Shown piece after piece: positions 41,376 through 51,926 of a stretch of 64,000 nucleotides of DNA; the first letter of the stretch is position 1, and each line of letters opens with the position of its first letter. The position numbers were made by a program, and so were the translations under genes. A model generated the notes under the pieces. It made no database searches and was not told the DNA's origin. It saw only the letters and a program-made list of their open reading frames with translations. The stretch is from Macrostomum lignano (Eukaryota): positions 62,001 to 126,000 of the forward strand of contig NIVC01003772.1 in assembly GCA_002269645.1 (NCBI GenBank). The letters are read 5' to 3'.

Positions 41376-44300
41376 CAGTGCCAGTATGCAACCTGTACGC
41401 AGGATTATGTATGGATTAACCCGCCTAATCCCCACTCTCCCGCAGGCCCTAGAAGCGGACTCGTACGCGCAGCGCAAAGGCGCAGCGTACGGCCTGGCCG
41501 GAGCCACCAAAGGCCTCGGCATAGCCGTGCTGAAAGAGATTCAGGTGAACCAACGCCTACTAGACGCTATGAAAGACAAGAAAAACCCTCAGCGCAGGGA
41601 GGGCGCCCTACTGGCTCTGGAGCAGATCTGCATTGTCTGGGGCCGCCTGTTTGAGCCCTACGTAGTCTCAATCCTGCCCAGCTTACTAATCTGTTGCGGC
41701 GACACTGTAGCCTGCGTGCGCCAAGCCGCAGATGAATGCTCAATAGCTGTGATGAGTAAGCTGAGTAATCACGGTGTTAAACTGGTCCTGCCGTCTCTAT
41801 TGAGCACCCTAGCCGAAGATAACTGGCGAACTAAATGCGCCAGCGTTGACCTGCTTGGCTCAATGTCCTACTGCGCGCCGAAACAGCTGAGCGCCTGTTT
41901 GCCACAGATTGTGCCTAAACTAATGGAAGTGCTCACCGATTCGCATGTCCGAGTGCAGAAGGCTGGCGAGGAGGCTCTGGCCAAAATTGGCAAAGTTATT
42001 ACTAATCAAGAGGTGAGACTGGGCGCTAATCTAATCCTGTCTGCATTGTGCTTGCTTTCAAATCCTTTCCCTCTCTCCCTCCTCGATCCCTCTCTTCCAA
42101 CCCTCTCTCCCCTCGATCCCCTCTTCCAACCCTCTCTCCCCTCGATCCCCTCTTGCAACCCTCTCTCCCCTCGATCCCCCTCTTCCAACCCTCTCTCCCC
42201 TCGATCCCCTCTTGCAACCCTCTCTCCCCTCGATCCCCTCTTGCAACCCTCTCTCCCCTCGATCCCCTCTTGCAACCCTCTCTCCCCTCGATCCCCCTCT
42301 TGCAACCCTCTATCCCTTCGATCCCCCACTTGCAACCCTCTCTCCCCTCGATCCCCTCTTGCAACCCTCTCTCCCCTCGATCCCCCTCTTGCAACCCTCT
42401 CTCCCCTCGATCCCCTCTTGCAACCCTCTCTCCCCTCGATCCCCTCTTCCAACCCTCTCTCCCCTCGATCCCCCTCTTCCAACCCTCTCTCCCCTCGATC
42501 CCCCTCTTGCAACCCTCTCTCCCCTCGATCCCCTCTTGCAACCCTCTCTCCCCTCAATCCCCTCTTCCAACCCTCTCTCCCCTCGATCCCCCTCTTCCAA
42601 CCCTCTCTCCCCTCGATCCCCCTCTTGCAGCCCTCTCTCCCCTCGATCCCCTCTTGCAACCCTCTCTCCCCTCAATCCCCTCTTCCAACCCTCTCTCCCC
42701 TCGATCCCCCTCTTCCAACCCTCTCTCCCCTCGATCCCCCTCTTGCAACCCTCTCTCCCCTCGATCCCCTCTTCCAACCCTCTCTCCCCTCGATCCCTCT
42801 CTTCCAACCCTCTCTCCCCTCGATCCCCCCTTCCAACCCTCTCTCCCCTCGATCCCCTCTTGCAGCCCTCTCTCCCCTCGATCCCCCTCTTCCAACCCTC
42901 TCTCCCCTCGATCCCCCTCTTCCAACCCTCTCTCCCTTCGATCCCCTCTTGCAACCCTCTCTCCCCTCGATCCCCTCTTTCAATATTCCTCTCTTCCCAT
43001 CTTTCTCTCTTCGGTCTCTTCCACCCTTCCCTCTCTTCCCTTCTTCCCCCTTCCTGTCTTCCCCTCTTCATTTCTTCCTCTCTCCTCCTCTCCCTTTCTC
43101 TCCTTCTTCCTCTCTTCGGCCTCTTCCCCTCTTCCTTTCTTCCCCTCTTCCCCTCTTCCCCTCTTCCTGTCTTCCCCTCTTCCCCTCTTCCCCTCTTGCC
43201 CTCTTCTCCTCTTCCCCCTTCCCCTTCTCTCTTTCTCTCTTTCCCTCTTCAGCATTCCCGCCGCCAAACTCTCTTCCCCAGATCCGCGACATCGTGCCGC
43301 ACCTGCTGGACGCGATCCGAGACCCAGACGGTCACACCAACGCCGCGCTGCAGCGATTGCTTAGCGTTAAATTTGTTCACAAAATCGACACGGCCTCGTT
43401 GGCGCTGATCATGCCCGTGCTTGGCCGGGCGTTCCGAGACCCGGCCACGGACACTAGGAAGACTGCCGCTCTCATTGTTGGCAGCATGTACCGCCTCACT
43501 GACCGGGCCGATCTCACTCCTTATATGGAATCTCTCATGCCGGGCCTGAAGAAGTGCCTGCTGGACCCCGTGCCCGACGTTCGCTCGGTGGCCGCTAAGG
43601 CGCTTGGCTCCATGGTTCGCGAGATGGGCGAGACCAGCTTCCAGGTAAGGCATTGGCGATGGAGTATGGATAGAATGTGATTAGGGTTGGAATAGAAGCG
43701 AGATCAGGTTAGAACTCAGAGAGAGATTAGAGTAAAAATTAGGGCGAGATTAAAGTAGGGAATATAATGAGGTTGAAAGTATAGATTGGGGTGTGATTAG
43801 AGTAAGGATTGATGTGAGATCAGAGTGTGGATTGGGGTGAGATTGGAGTATACATTGGAGAGAGATTAGAGTGTGGATTGGGGTGAGATTGGAGTATACA
43901 TTGGAGGGAGATTAGAGTGTGGATTGGGGTAAGATTTGAGTATATATTGGGGTGAGATTGGAGTGTGGATTGGATTGAGATTGGATCATGTATATTGGGG
44001 TTAGATTGGAGTATGGACTGGGGTGAGATTGGAGTGGGAATTGAGATGAGATTGTAGTATGGGTTGGGTGAGATTATAGTGTGGACTGGGTGAGATAAGA
44101 GTATATAGTGGGGAGATTAGTGTGTAGAAAGCTGGGCAAATTAGAATAGAGATCAAAGAGTGCGACAGCATATAGCACATTGTCAGATAGATATAAGAAA
44201 GCATCAAGCACCCTGCGCCCCCTCCCCTCCTAAAACCGCCGCAGGACCTGTTCCCCTGGCTGATGCGAACCCTGGTGTCGGAGGACAGTCCAATCAACAG

Positions 44301-47300
44301 GGCCGGCGCGGCGCAGGGCCTTTCCGAGATGATTGGCGGGATGGGCAGTGCCAAACTCGAGAGCCTAATGCCCGAGCTCATCAACACCGCTAAACAGCCG
44401 GACATTGCACCGCACGTTCGGGACGGCTATTTATTAATGTTCGTCTTCTTGCCCAGAGTGTTTCAAACGGATTTCTCGCAGTACGTCAGCGCCACCCTGC
44501 CTGCGATATTGAGCGGCCTAGCTAACGAGATTGAGTTTGTTAGGGAGACCGCTTTGAAGGCTGGGCAGACTCTGGTGCAGCAGTATTCTAAGATGGCTAT
44601 CTCCCTGCTGCTGCCCGAGTTGGAGGTGAGCGGCTGACGCCAGTGAATAAGTCTTAGCATGCAGATATCGTCTGGGATAATCATTATCATCGACCTGTAT
44701 CACATGGGATAATCAATTTCACAGACCTGTATCATGGTGTCACACATGTATCACCAGAACAGTCACACAGGTGTCACCAGGACAGTCACACAGGTGTCAC
44801 CAGGACAGTCACACAGGTGTCACCAGGACAATCGCACAGGTACCACCAGGACAGTCACACAGGTATCACCAGAACAATCGCACAGGTGCCACCAGGACAG
44901 TCACACAGGTATCACCAGAACAATCACACAGTTATCACCAGAACAATCACACAGGTACCACCAGGACAGTCACACAGGTATCATCAGGACAGTCACACAG
45001 GTATCACCAGAACAGTCACACAGGTATCACCAGAACAATCACACAGGTATCACCAGAACAATCACACAGGTACCACCAGGACAGTCACACAGGTATCACC
45101 AGGACAGTCACACAGTTATCACCAGAACAGTCACACAGGTATCACCAGGACAGTCACACAGATACCACCGGGACAGTCACACAGGTATCACCAGAACAGT
45201 CACACAGGTATCACCAGAACAGTCACACAGGTATCACCAGAACAATCACACAGTTACCACCAGGACAGTCACACAGGTACCACCAGGACAGTCACACAGG
45301 TATCATCAGGACAGTCACACAGGTATCACCAGAACAGTCACACAGGTATCACCAGAACAGTCACACAGGTATCACCAGAACAATCACACAGGTATCACCA
45401 GAACAATCACACAGGTACCACCAGGACAGTCACACAGGTATCACCAGGACAGTCACACAGTTATCACCAGAACAGTCACACAGGTATCACCAGGACAGTC
45501 ACACAGATACCACCGGGACAGTCACACAGGTATCACCAGAACAGTCACACAGGTATCACCAGAACAGTCACACAGGTATCACCAGAACAATCACACAGTT
45601 ACCACCAGGACAGTCACACAGGTACCACCAGGACAGTCACACAGGTATCATCAGGACAGTCACACAGGTATCACCAGAACAGTCACACAGGTATCACCAG
45701 AACAATCACACAGTTATCACCAGAACAATCACACAGGTACCACCAGAACAGTCACACAGGTATCATCAGGACAGTCACACAGGTATCACCAGGACAGTCA
45801 CACAGTTATCACCAGGACAGTCACACAGTTATCACCAGGACAGTCACATAGGTATCATTAGGACAGTCACACAGGTATCACCAGGACAGTCACACAGTTA
45901 TCATCAGGACAGTCACACAGGCATCACCGGGATCTGCAGGAAAATCATAACCACATCCCCGCAGGTCGGCCTATTCGATGAGAACTGGCGCATCCGGTAC
46001 AGCAGCGTCCAACTGCTCGGCGACCTGCTCTACAAACTGAGCGGCGCCTCGGGCAAAGGCACCACAGTCAGCGCCAATGATGACGACACAATGGGATCAA
46101 GCAATGAGTTTGCTCGGATTGGCGATCAGCTGGGTCAGGAGAGGCGCAATCGAGTGCTAGCCGGACTGTAAGCTCTTGCTCTGTGCTGATTATGCTGCTG
46201 GTTCTGTATATACTACTGAGTCAAGATTTGCATACTACTTACTTATAATAGTACGAAGGTTAGCAATTATAATATAATACTACTCAGAATATTTTCATAG
46301 TACTTATATGTACTACTTACTGGGATGTTAGAGCGTCAAACTCACGACTGAGAGGTCGGGGGTTCGATTCTCGACCCACTCGGAACAATTTGTGTCCTTG
46401 AGAGCAAGACACTCAACTCTGCATTGCTTCAGTTCACCCAGCTGTAAAATGGGTGCCAGCATTAGCTGGGGTAATTGGGGTGTGAGTGGCGACCCCCAGT
46501 CTTAGTCCCTGCAGGTGTAATCAATTATTATTATCATTCAAGTAGTATATACGCACATCTATCATCCATATATACTTTATAAACCCACCCAGCTACGTGA
46601 GCCGTTCAGACTCAGCTCTGCTAGTCCGTCAGGCCTCCTGCCATGTCTGGAAGGTGGTTGTGCCGCACACGCCTCGCACTCTGCAGGCCATACTGCCCAC
46701 ACTGCTGCCAATGCTGCTAGGCAACCTAGCCAGCGCCAGCTCCGACATGCGCGAGGTGTCGGCCAAGACGCTTGGCGATATTGTTAAAAAATTGGGCGAA
46801 CGAGTGTTGCAGCATATGATGCAGATGCTGCAGACTGGCTTAGATAGTAGCGACGCCAAGCAGAGGGAGGGGGTCTGTCTGGCTCTGTCTGAGATCATGC
46901 GAAGCGTGCCGAAGGATCATATGCAGGTGAGCATTCTTTATTAATGTTAGGCTATGATGGTATTATTTGAATAACTGGCCCATAATCTTCAAGAATTGCC
47001 CTCGATCTCATGTGAGAATCGCCCTTGATCTCATGTGAGAATCGCCCTTGATCTCATGAGAGAATCGCCCTTGATCTCATGAGAGAATCGCCCTCGATCT
47101 CATTGTGAGAATCGCCCTTGATCTCATGAGAGAATCGCCCTTGATCTCATGAGAGAATCGCCCTCGATCTCATTGTGAGAATCGCCCTTGATCTCATTGT
47201 GAGAATCGCCCTTGATCTCATTGTGAGAATCGCCCTTGATCTCAATGTGAGAATTGCCCTTGATCTCATTGTGAGAATCGCCCTTGATCTCATTGTGAGA

Positions 47301-50300
47301 ATCGCCCTTGATCTCAATGTGAGAATCGCCCTTGATCTCATTGTGAGAATCGCCCTTGATCTCATTGTGAGAATCGCCCTTGATCTCAATGTGAGAATCG
47401 CCCTCGATCTTATTGTGAGAATCGCCCTTGATCTCATGAGAGAATCGCCCTCAATATCATGGGTGATTCCGCCCTTAATTCCCCGATAGAACTGCCCTTG
47501 ATTCCCTCATAGAATCGCCCTTAATTCCCTCAGAATCGCCTTTAAATCCCCCACAGAATGGCTTCACAAAGTTCAGTCTATTCCTTGAAACAATAACCTC
47601 AAAAAGTGGATTAACGAATCGCCCCGATAACCACTGCAGTCCTACGCCGACCAGCTGGTCCCCACGGTTCGCCGGGCCCTTGCCGATCCGCTGCCAAGCG
47701 TCCGCGTCGCCGCATCGCGCACCTTCGACCAGCTGTACACTGTACTGGGCCAGCGCGCACTGGACGATATCGTTATCAAACTGCAGTCCGACCTTGAAGC
47801 CGGCAATGTTGACGATCCCGACGCCGCGCTAGACGGCTTGAAACAGGCGGTAGCCGCGAGAAGCGAAGTCGCCTTGCCGTATCTGGTGCCCCGGCTCACA
47901 CAGGAGCCCGTTAACACGCGAACTCTGGCTATTCTTGCCTCTGTAGCTGGCGGAGCCCTGACCCCGCATCTGAGTAGGATTCTGCCAGCCCTGCTTGGCG
48001 CTCTGGATCCCGACTCTGAGGATCAGATGGACCAGTGCAGGACTGTCATGCACAGCGTTCGGGACGATGCAGGCGTGCAGGTGAGAGCGGACTTGGGGGC
48101 ATTGACAGACTGTAACAGACACTTTGACAGACAGACAGCTACAGACACTATCACAGACAGACAGCTACAGGCAATTACAGACACTATGACAGACAGACAG
48201 CTACAGACACTATGACAGGCAGACAACTACATACACTATGACAGACACAGCTACAGGCAATTACAGACACTATGACAGACAGACAGCTACAGACACTATG
48301 ACAGACAGCTACAGGCAATTACAGACAATATGACAGACAGACAGCTACAGACACTATGACAGACAGACAGCTACAGACACTATGGCAGATAGACAACTAC
48401 AGACACTATGACAGACAGACAACTACATACACTATGACAGACACAGCTACAGGCAATTACAGACACTATGACAGACAGACAGCTTCAGGCAATTACAGAC
48501 ACTATGACAGACAGACAGCTACAAGCAGTTACAGACACTATGACAGACAGCTACAGGCAATTACAGACACTATGACAGACAGCTACAGGCAATTACAGAC
48601 ACTATGACAGACAGCTACAGGCAATTACAGACACTATGACAAACACACAGCTATAGGCAATTACAGACACTATGACAGACAGACAGCTACAGACACTATG
48701 GCAGATAGACAACTACAGACACTATGACAGACAGACAGCTACGGACACTATGACAGACAGACAGCTTCAGGCAATTACAGACACTATGACAGACAGACAG
48801 CTACAAGCAGTTACAGACACTATGACAGACAGCTACAGGCAATTACAGACACTAGGACAGACAGCTACTGGCAATTAATTACAGACACTATGACAGACAG
48901 CTACAGGCAATTACAGACACTATGACAGACAGCTACAGGCAATTACAGACACTATGACAGACAGCTACAGGCAATTACAGACACTATGACAGACAGCTAC
49001 AGACAATTACAGACATTATTACCTCCCGCCTCTCCCGCAGCTCACCATCCGGCATCTCACCAGCTCAGAGCTGTCCAACCAGCCCCTAAACTACCGCTTG
49101 GGCGCCGCCCGCCTGTTGCACAGCCTCACCCAGCGCGACGACTCAGCTGAGATGCTCGCTGAGCACACCGAGGCCGTCCTGCGAGCCTGTCTGCGCAGCT
49201 ACTGCATCCAGGACCCCAGGGTCATCGCCGCTGCCCACGACTGCCTGGCCGGTCTGGTGTCCCGCTGCCCCACCCCGTCTGAACTTGTCGCGCCGATTCG
49301 AACCGCAGTCCGTCACGTGCTCAGCGAGCCGCAGCACCGGGCTACCGTCACTCTGGTGCCGGGCTTCTGCTCGCTGCAGCCTCGCGGCATCCAGCCGCTG
49401 CTCAACGTCTACAGGGAGGGCCTGCTCAGCGGCCAGGTTGAGCAGAAAGAGGCCGCTGCCCTCGGACTCAAGGAGCTGATTGAACGGACCTCGCCTGACG
49501 CTTTGAAGTCGTCGGTAAGATACCCGATGCGATACCCAGTCAGATACCCGATGCGATACCCAGTCAGATACCCGATGCGATACCCAGTCAGATACCCGAT
49601 GCAATACCCAGTTAGATACCCGACACGATGCGATACCTAGCTAGCTATTCAGTGCGATACCCAGTCAGATACCCGATGCGATACCCAGTCAGATACCCGA
49701 TGCGATACCCAGTTAGACACCCGATGCGATACCCAGTTAGACACCCGATGCGATACCCAGTTAGACACCCGATGCGATACCCAGTTAGATACCCGATGCG
49801 ATACCCAGTTAGACACCCGATGCGATACCCAGTTAGCCACCCGATGCGATACCCAGTTAGATACCCGATGCGATACCCAGTTAGACACCCGATGCGATAC
49901 CCAGTTAGACACCCGATGCGATACCCAGTTAAATACCCGCTTACCACCTAACCCCCCGTCAACTGCCGCAGGTGGTAGCCATCACTGGCCCGCTAATCCG
50001 TGTACTCGGCGACCGATTCTCCGCCCAACTGAAGTGCGCCGTGATCGACGCCCTCACAGCCCTGCTGGGCCGGTGCGGCCCGGGCATGAAGGCCTTCCTG
50101 CCCCAGCTGCAGCTGACTCTGTTCAAAGCTCTGGCAGACCCGGCTCAAACTCTGCGATCCAGGGCAGCTTTGGCCATTGGCCAGTTGGCCAGCGTGCACG
50201 CCAAGCCGGACCAGATGGCCGCCGAGCTGCTGTCGGCTCTGGCCAAGCCCGACGCCTACCAGACCACCCTGCTGTCGGCCCTGCGCCAGTGGTGCCTCCT

Positions 50301-51434
50301 AGCTGGCCGCTCCTTGTCGCCGGCCGCCTGCGAATCCGTGCTGAACGCCGTTAAATCTAACAAACTGTGCGGCGCCGGAGCCGACGAAGAAACGGCGCGC
50401 GCCTGCGCCGGCGCCTGCGTCGGTCTGCTAGCGGCGGCCTGTTCGGCCGTGACCGACACCGCACTCGGCCAGTTTTTGCTGACGGCGCCACCTAGCGGGG
50501 CCAGCGACTCGGCCGCCTGGCAGGAGTGGCAGGCCAGACTGGCCGGGCTGGCCGCCTATCTGGGGGCGGCGCCGGCCGACAGCGTCAAGGAGAGACTGGG
50601 CGACATTGAGACAGCTGTGCTGGCCGCTGTTGGCAGCGATCGGTCTCAGGTTAGTATTAGCCTAGCTGTGTAGCTTCGATTCCTATCAGCTATGTGTACT
50701 TTGGATACATATCGGCTTAGATGTGTAGCTTCGATTGCTATCAGTTGTGTACTTTCGATACATATCGGCGTAACTGTGTAGCTTCGATTCCTATCAGTTA
50801 TGTGTACTTTCGATACATATCGGCGTGACTATGTAGCTTCGATTCCTTTCCTTTCAGTCATGTAACGTTTCGACACATATCGGCTAGTCAACGAAGCAAA
50901 TTGCTATTATTTTTTCTAAATGCACAAATTTAATTTTATAAACCCAACTAATGCTACTGTCAGTAGAAATATAAGCTTATATCTTGTCTAAAAACTTTTT
51001 ATTCTCAGGTTGTAGACGCGGGCGTTCGCTGCATCGGACTGGCGCTGGCCAAGGCGCCTCAGTCGGAGCGCCTCGTAGCCGGCCTGGTGAAGGCGCAGAA
51101 GCACGAGAACAGCGACGTGAAACTGCTGACCAGCCAGGCCGCCTCCTTCGCCATCGAAGCCCTGCCAGACGATCAGCTGTTGAACTGCCTCGCCAAGCCG
51201 CTGCTGCCAATGCTGGCCAACGGCACCAGAGAGAAAAACATCGGAGTAAAGGCGGCCAGCGAGCAGGCCCTGGCCGATGCCTGCCGGCTCTACCGAGCCG
51301 AGCGATTGACAGCCAGCTGTCTGGACCGCCTGGAGCCGGCAATGCGCGACTCGGTGCAGCAGATTGTGGACCGGCTGGCCAAGAAGCAGTGGCAGCGAGT
51401 GCCCGTCTGCCTGGACCGCACCGCCGCTATGTAG
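21705..51434 (+). CDS. GCN1: GCN1 (eIF2-alpha kinase GCN2 activator; HEAT-repeat protein), 22 exons, ~2740 aa; one apparent 1-nt deletion in exon 6
   Basis: Exons 21705-21804, 22568-22763, 23359-23560, 28266-28397, 28791-28958, 29849-30217, 32463-32560, 33348-33869, 35384-35800, 36632-37190, 38052-38673, 39805-40438, 40694-41038, 41446-42012, 43282-43644, 44245-44625, 45965-46167, 46593-46926, 47640-48080, 49041-49514, 49972-50649, 51009-51434; phases are consistent. Motifs [79 protein letters not shown] and [19 protein letters not shown] at 51482. Confidence 0.93.
21985..22460. repeat. 21-bp minisatellite (GGGTGTCAGGAAAGACAAAAT), GCN1 intron 1
   Basis: Tandem periodicity. Confidence 0.95.
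22835..23352. repeat. ~19-bp minisatellite (AATCTCAAGAATCGCCCCT), GCN1 intron 2
   Basis: Tandem periodicity running up to the acceptor. Confidence 0.95.
23600..25797 (+). mobile_element. Probable solo LTR (~2.2 kb) in GCN1 intron 3
   Basis: TGTAACC...GGTTACA termini and an internal Pol II promoter. No gag/pol ORF. The flanks do not form a matching TSD, so the boundaries are less certain. Confidence 0.6.
24444..24534 (+). promoter_or_regulatory. Pol II promoter module inside the LTR-like element
   Basis: TGACTCA 24444-24450 (also at 24020 and 24031), TGACGTCA 24454-24461, CCAAT 24474-24478 and TATAAAA 24528-24534, in canonical order and spacing. Confidence 0.6.
25855..28108. repeat. 21-bp minisatellite (ACAGTGGGGTGTCAGAAKGAC), ~105 copies, GCN1 intron 3
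   Basis: Highly homogeneous tandem array. Confidence 0.98.
28445..28675. repeat. 23-bp minisatellite (CTCTATCCCACCGGTGTATTGGT), GCN1 intron 4
   Basis: Tandem periodicity. Confidence 0.95.
29085..29800. repeat. 23-bp minisatellite (ATAATTATTGGGATTTCATTGGG), GCN1 intron 5
   Basis: Tandem periodicity; reverse complement of the intron 9 array. Confidence 0.95.
30270..32350. repeat. ~30-bp minisatellite (TTGATTGATTGATTGGCGCCTTTCTGACAC), GCN1 intron 6
   Basis: Tandem periodicity with a 539-bp higher-order duplication. Confidence 0.97.
32790..33245. repeat. 21/30-bp minisatellite (CAGCTTAGATAATTAGACMTA), GCN1 intron 7
   Basis: Tandem periodicity. Confidence 0.9.
33870..35346. repeat. (TCTG)n microsatellite, ~1.5 kb, GCN1 intron 8
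   Basis: Interrupted tetranucleotide run starting at the donor site. Confidence 0.98.
35880..36475. repeat. 23-bp minisatellite (ATCCCAATAATTATCCGAATGAA), GCN1 intron 9
   Basis: Tandem periodicity; same family as intron 5, inverted. Confidence 0.95.
37250..37815. repeat. 23-bp minisatellite (AGATTGGCGCCTAGATATCTTAG), GCN1 intron 10
   Basis: Tandem periodicity. Confidence 0.93.
38718..39560. repeat. 18-bp minisatellite (TAGCCTAATGAGGGGTTG), ~47 copies, GCN1 intron 11
   Basis: Tandem periodicity; the last unit runs into a tRNA-like head. Confidence 0.97.
39552..39616 (+). mobile_element. tRNA-derived SINE head (A box + B box), 3'-truncated
   Basis: TAGCCTAATGGTTAGAGC (A box/D arm), TCAGA...CTGA stem and GGGGGTTCGATTC (B box). 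Closely similar to 46327-46372. No intact acceptor stem, so not a tRNA gene. Confidence 0.75.
39661..39730. repeat. (GA)n microsatellite, GCN1 intron 11
   Basis: Perfect dinucleotide run. Confidence 0.98.
40484..40632. repeat. 21-bp minisatellite (GGTGAGATTTCGTTTGGATAG), GCN1 intron 12
   Basis: Period 21, ~7 copies. Confidence 0.93.
41065..41375. repeat. (TCTG)n microsatellite, GCN1 intron 13
   Basis: Tetranucleotide run. Confidence 0.97.
42060..43250. repeat. 29-30-bp CT-rich minisatellite (CCCTCTCTCCCCTCGATCCCCTCTTSCAA) with a degenerate polypyrimidine tail, GCN1 intron 14
   Basis: Tandem periodicity. Confidence 0.95.
43680..44150. repeat. Degenerate GA-rich repeat (GATTGGGGTGAGATTGGAGT-like), GCN1 intron 15
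   Basis: Recurrent ~10/20-bp words. Confidence 0.75.
44745..45925. repeat. 23-bp minisatellite (ACAGTCACACAGGTATCACCAGR), GCN1 intron 16
   Basis: Tandem periodicity. Confidence 0.97.
46327..46535 (+). mobile_element. tRNA-derived CORE-type SINE (5'-eroded), GCN1 intron 17
   Basis: tRNA-like head with B box GGTTCGATTC. 46391-46453 (TGTGTCCTTGAGAGCAAGACACTCAACTCTGCATTGCTTCAGTTCACCCAGCTGTAAAATGGG) aligns with the MIR/CORE consensus. (TTA)n-like tail. Confidence 0.75.
46985..47630. repeat. 22-24-bp minisatellite (GAGAATCGCCCTTGATCTCATTGT), GCN1 intron 18
   Basis: Tandem periodicity; AATCGCCC core shared with intron 2 and 61750-62140. Confidence 0.95.
48110..49015. repeat. ACAG-derived composite minisatellite (GACAGACAGCTACAGGCAATTACAGACACTAT), GCN1 intron 19
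   Basis: Tandem ~20-36-bp variant units. Confidence 0.93.
49518..49940. repeat. 24-bp minisatellite (GATACCCGATGCGATACCCAGTYA), GCN1 intron 20
   Basis: Tandem periodicity starting right after the donor. Confidence 0.95.
50667..50887. repeat. ~55-bp tandem repeat, 4 copies, GCN1 intron 21
   Basis: TAGCTTCGAT at 50671, 50726, 50779 and 50834. Confidence 0.9.
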
Positions 51435-51926
51435 GCCCTCATTAATAATTCATGAACTGAACTGATACTTGACTGAGTAACAATAAATCCCAGTAACCCG
51501 TTAAGATAATAAAATTAAGAAGTTTTTCGTTGCGAGACTCAAATTTCGATAGCAATCAATTGCTGCTTGATGGAGAAAGAAACAATTCTAATAATAGTTG
51601 TCTATTGTTTATTTTTGTTTATCTGCGTCTATCGTGAGGGAATTGGAAGTAATCAGATTACTGAAATTATTTCAAGCAAATTGGCCGAATAAACAAGCTG
51701 AAAAAACTACTACTACTACTGCTGTTCAATAAGTAGGCAGAAATGCGCATGCAAATCATCACAAGCTGCAAAAGCTAAAAATTGATTAGCAAAGCTGCTT
51801 GTGCCGATAAAACATTAAAAAGTATTGGAGGAGTGCAGTGTTTTTATTAAAGTTCATCACATGCCACAAAAATGGAGCCTTGGCTTTGGAGATCATCTTT
51901 AGAGCGGAAGAAGAAGGCAATCCAGT

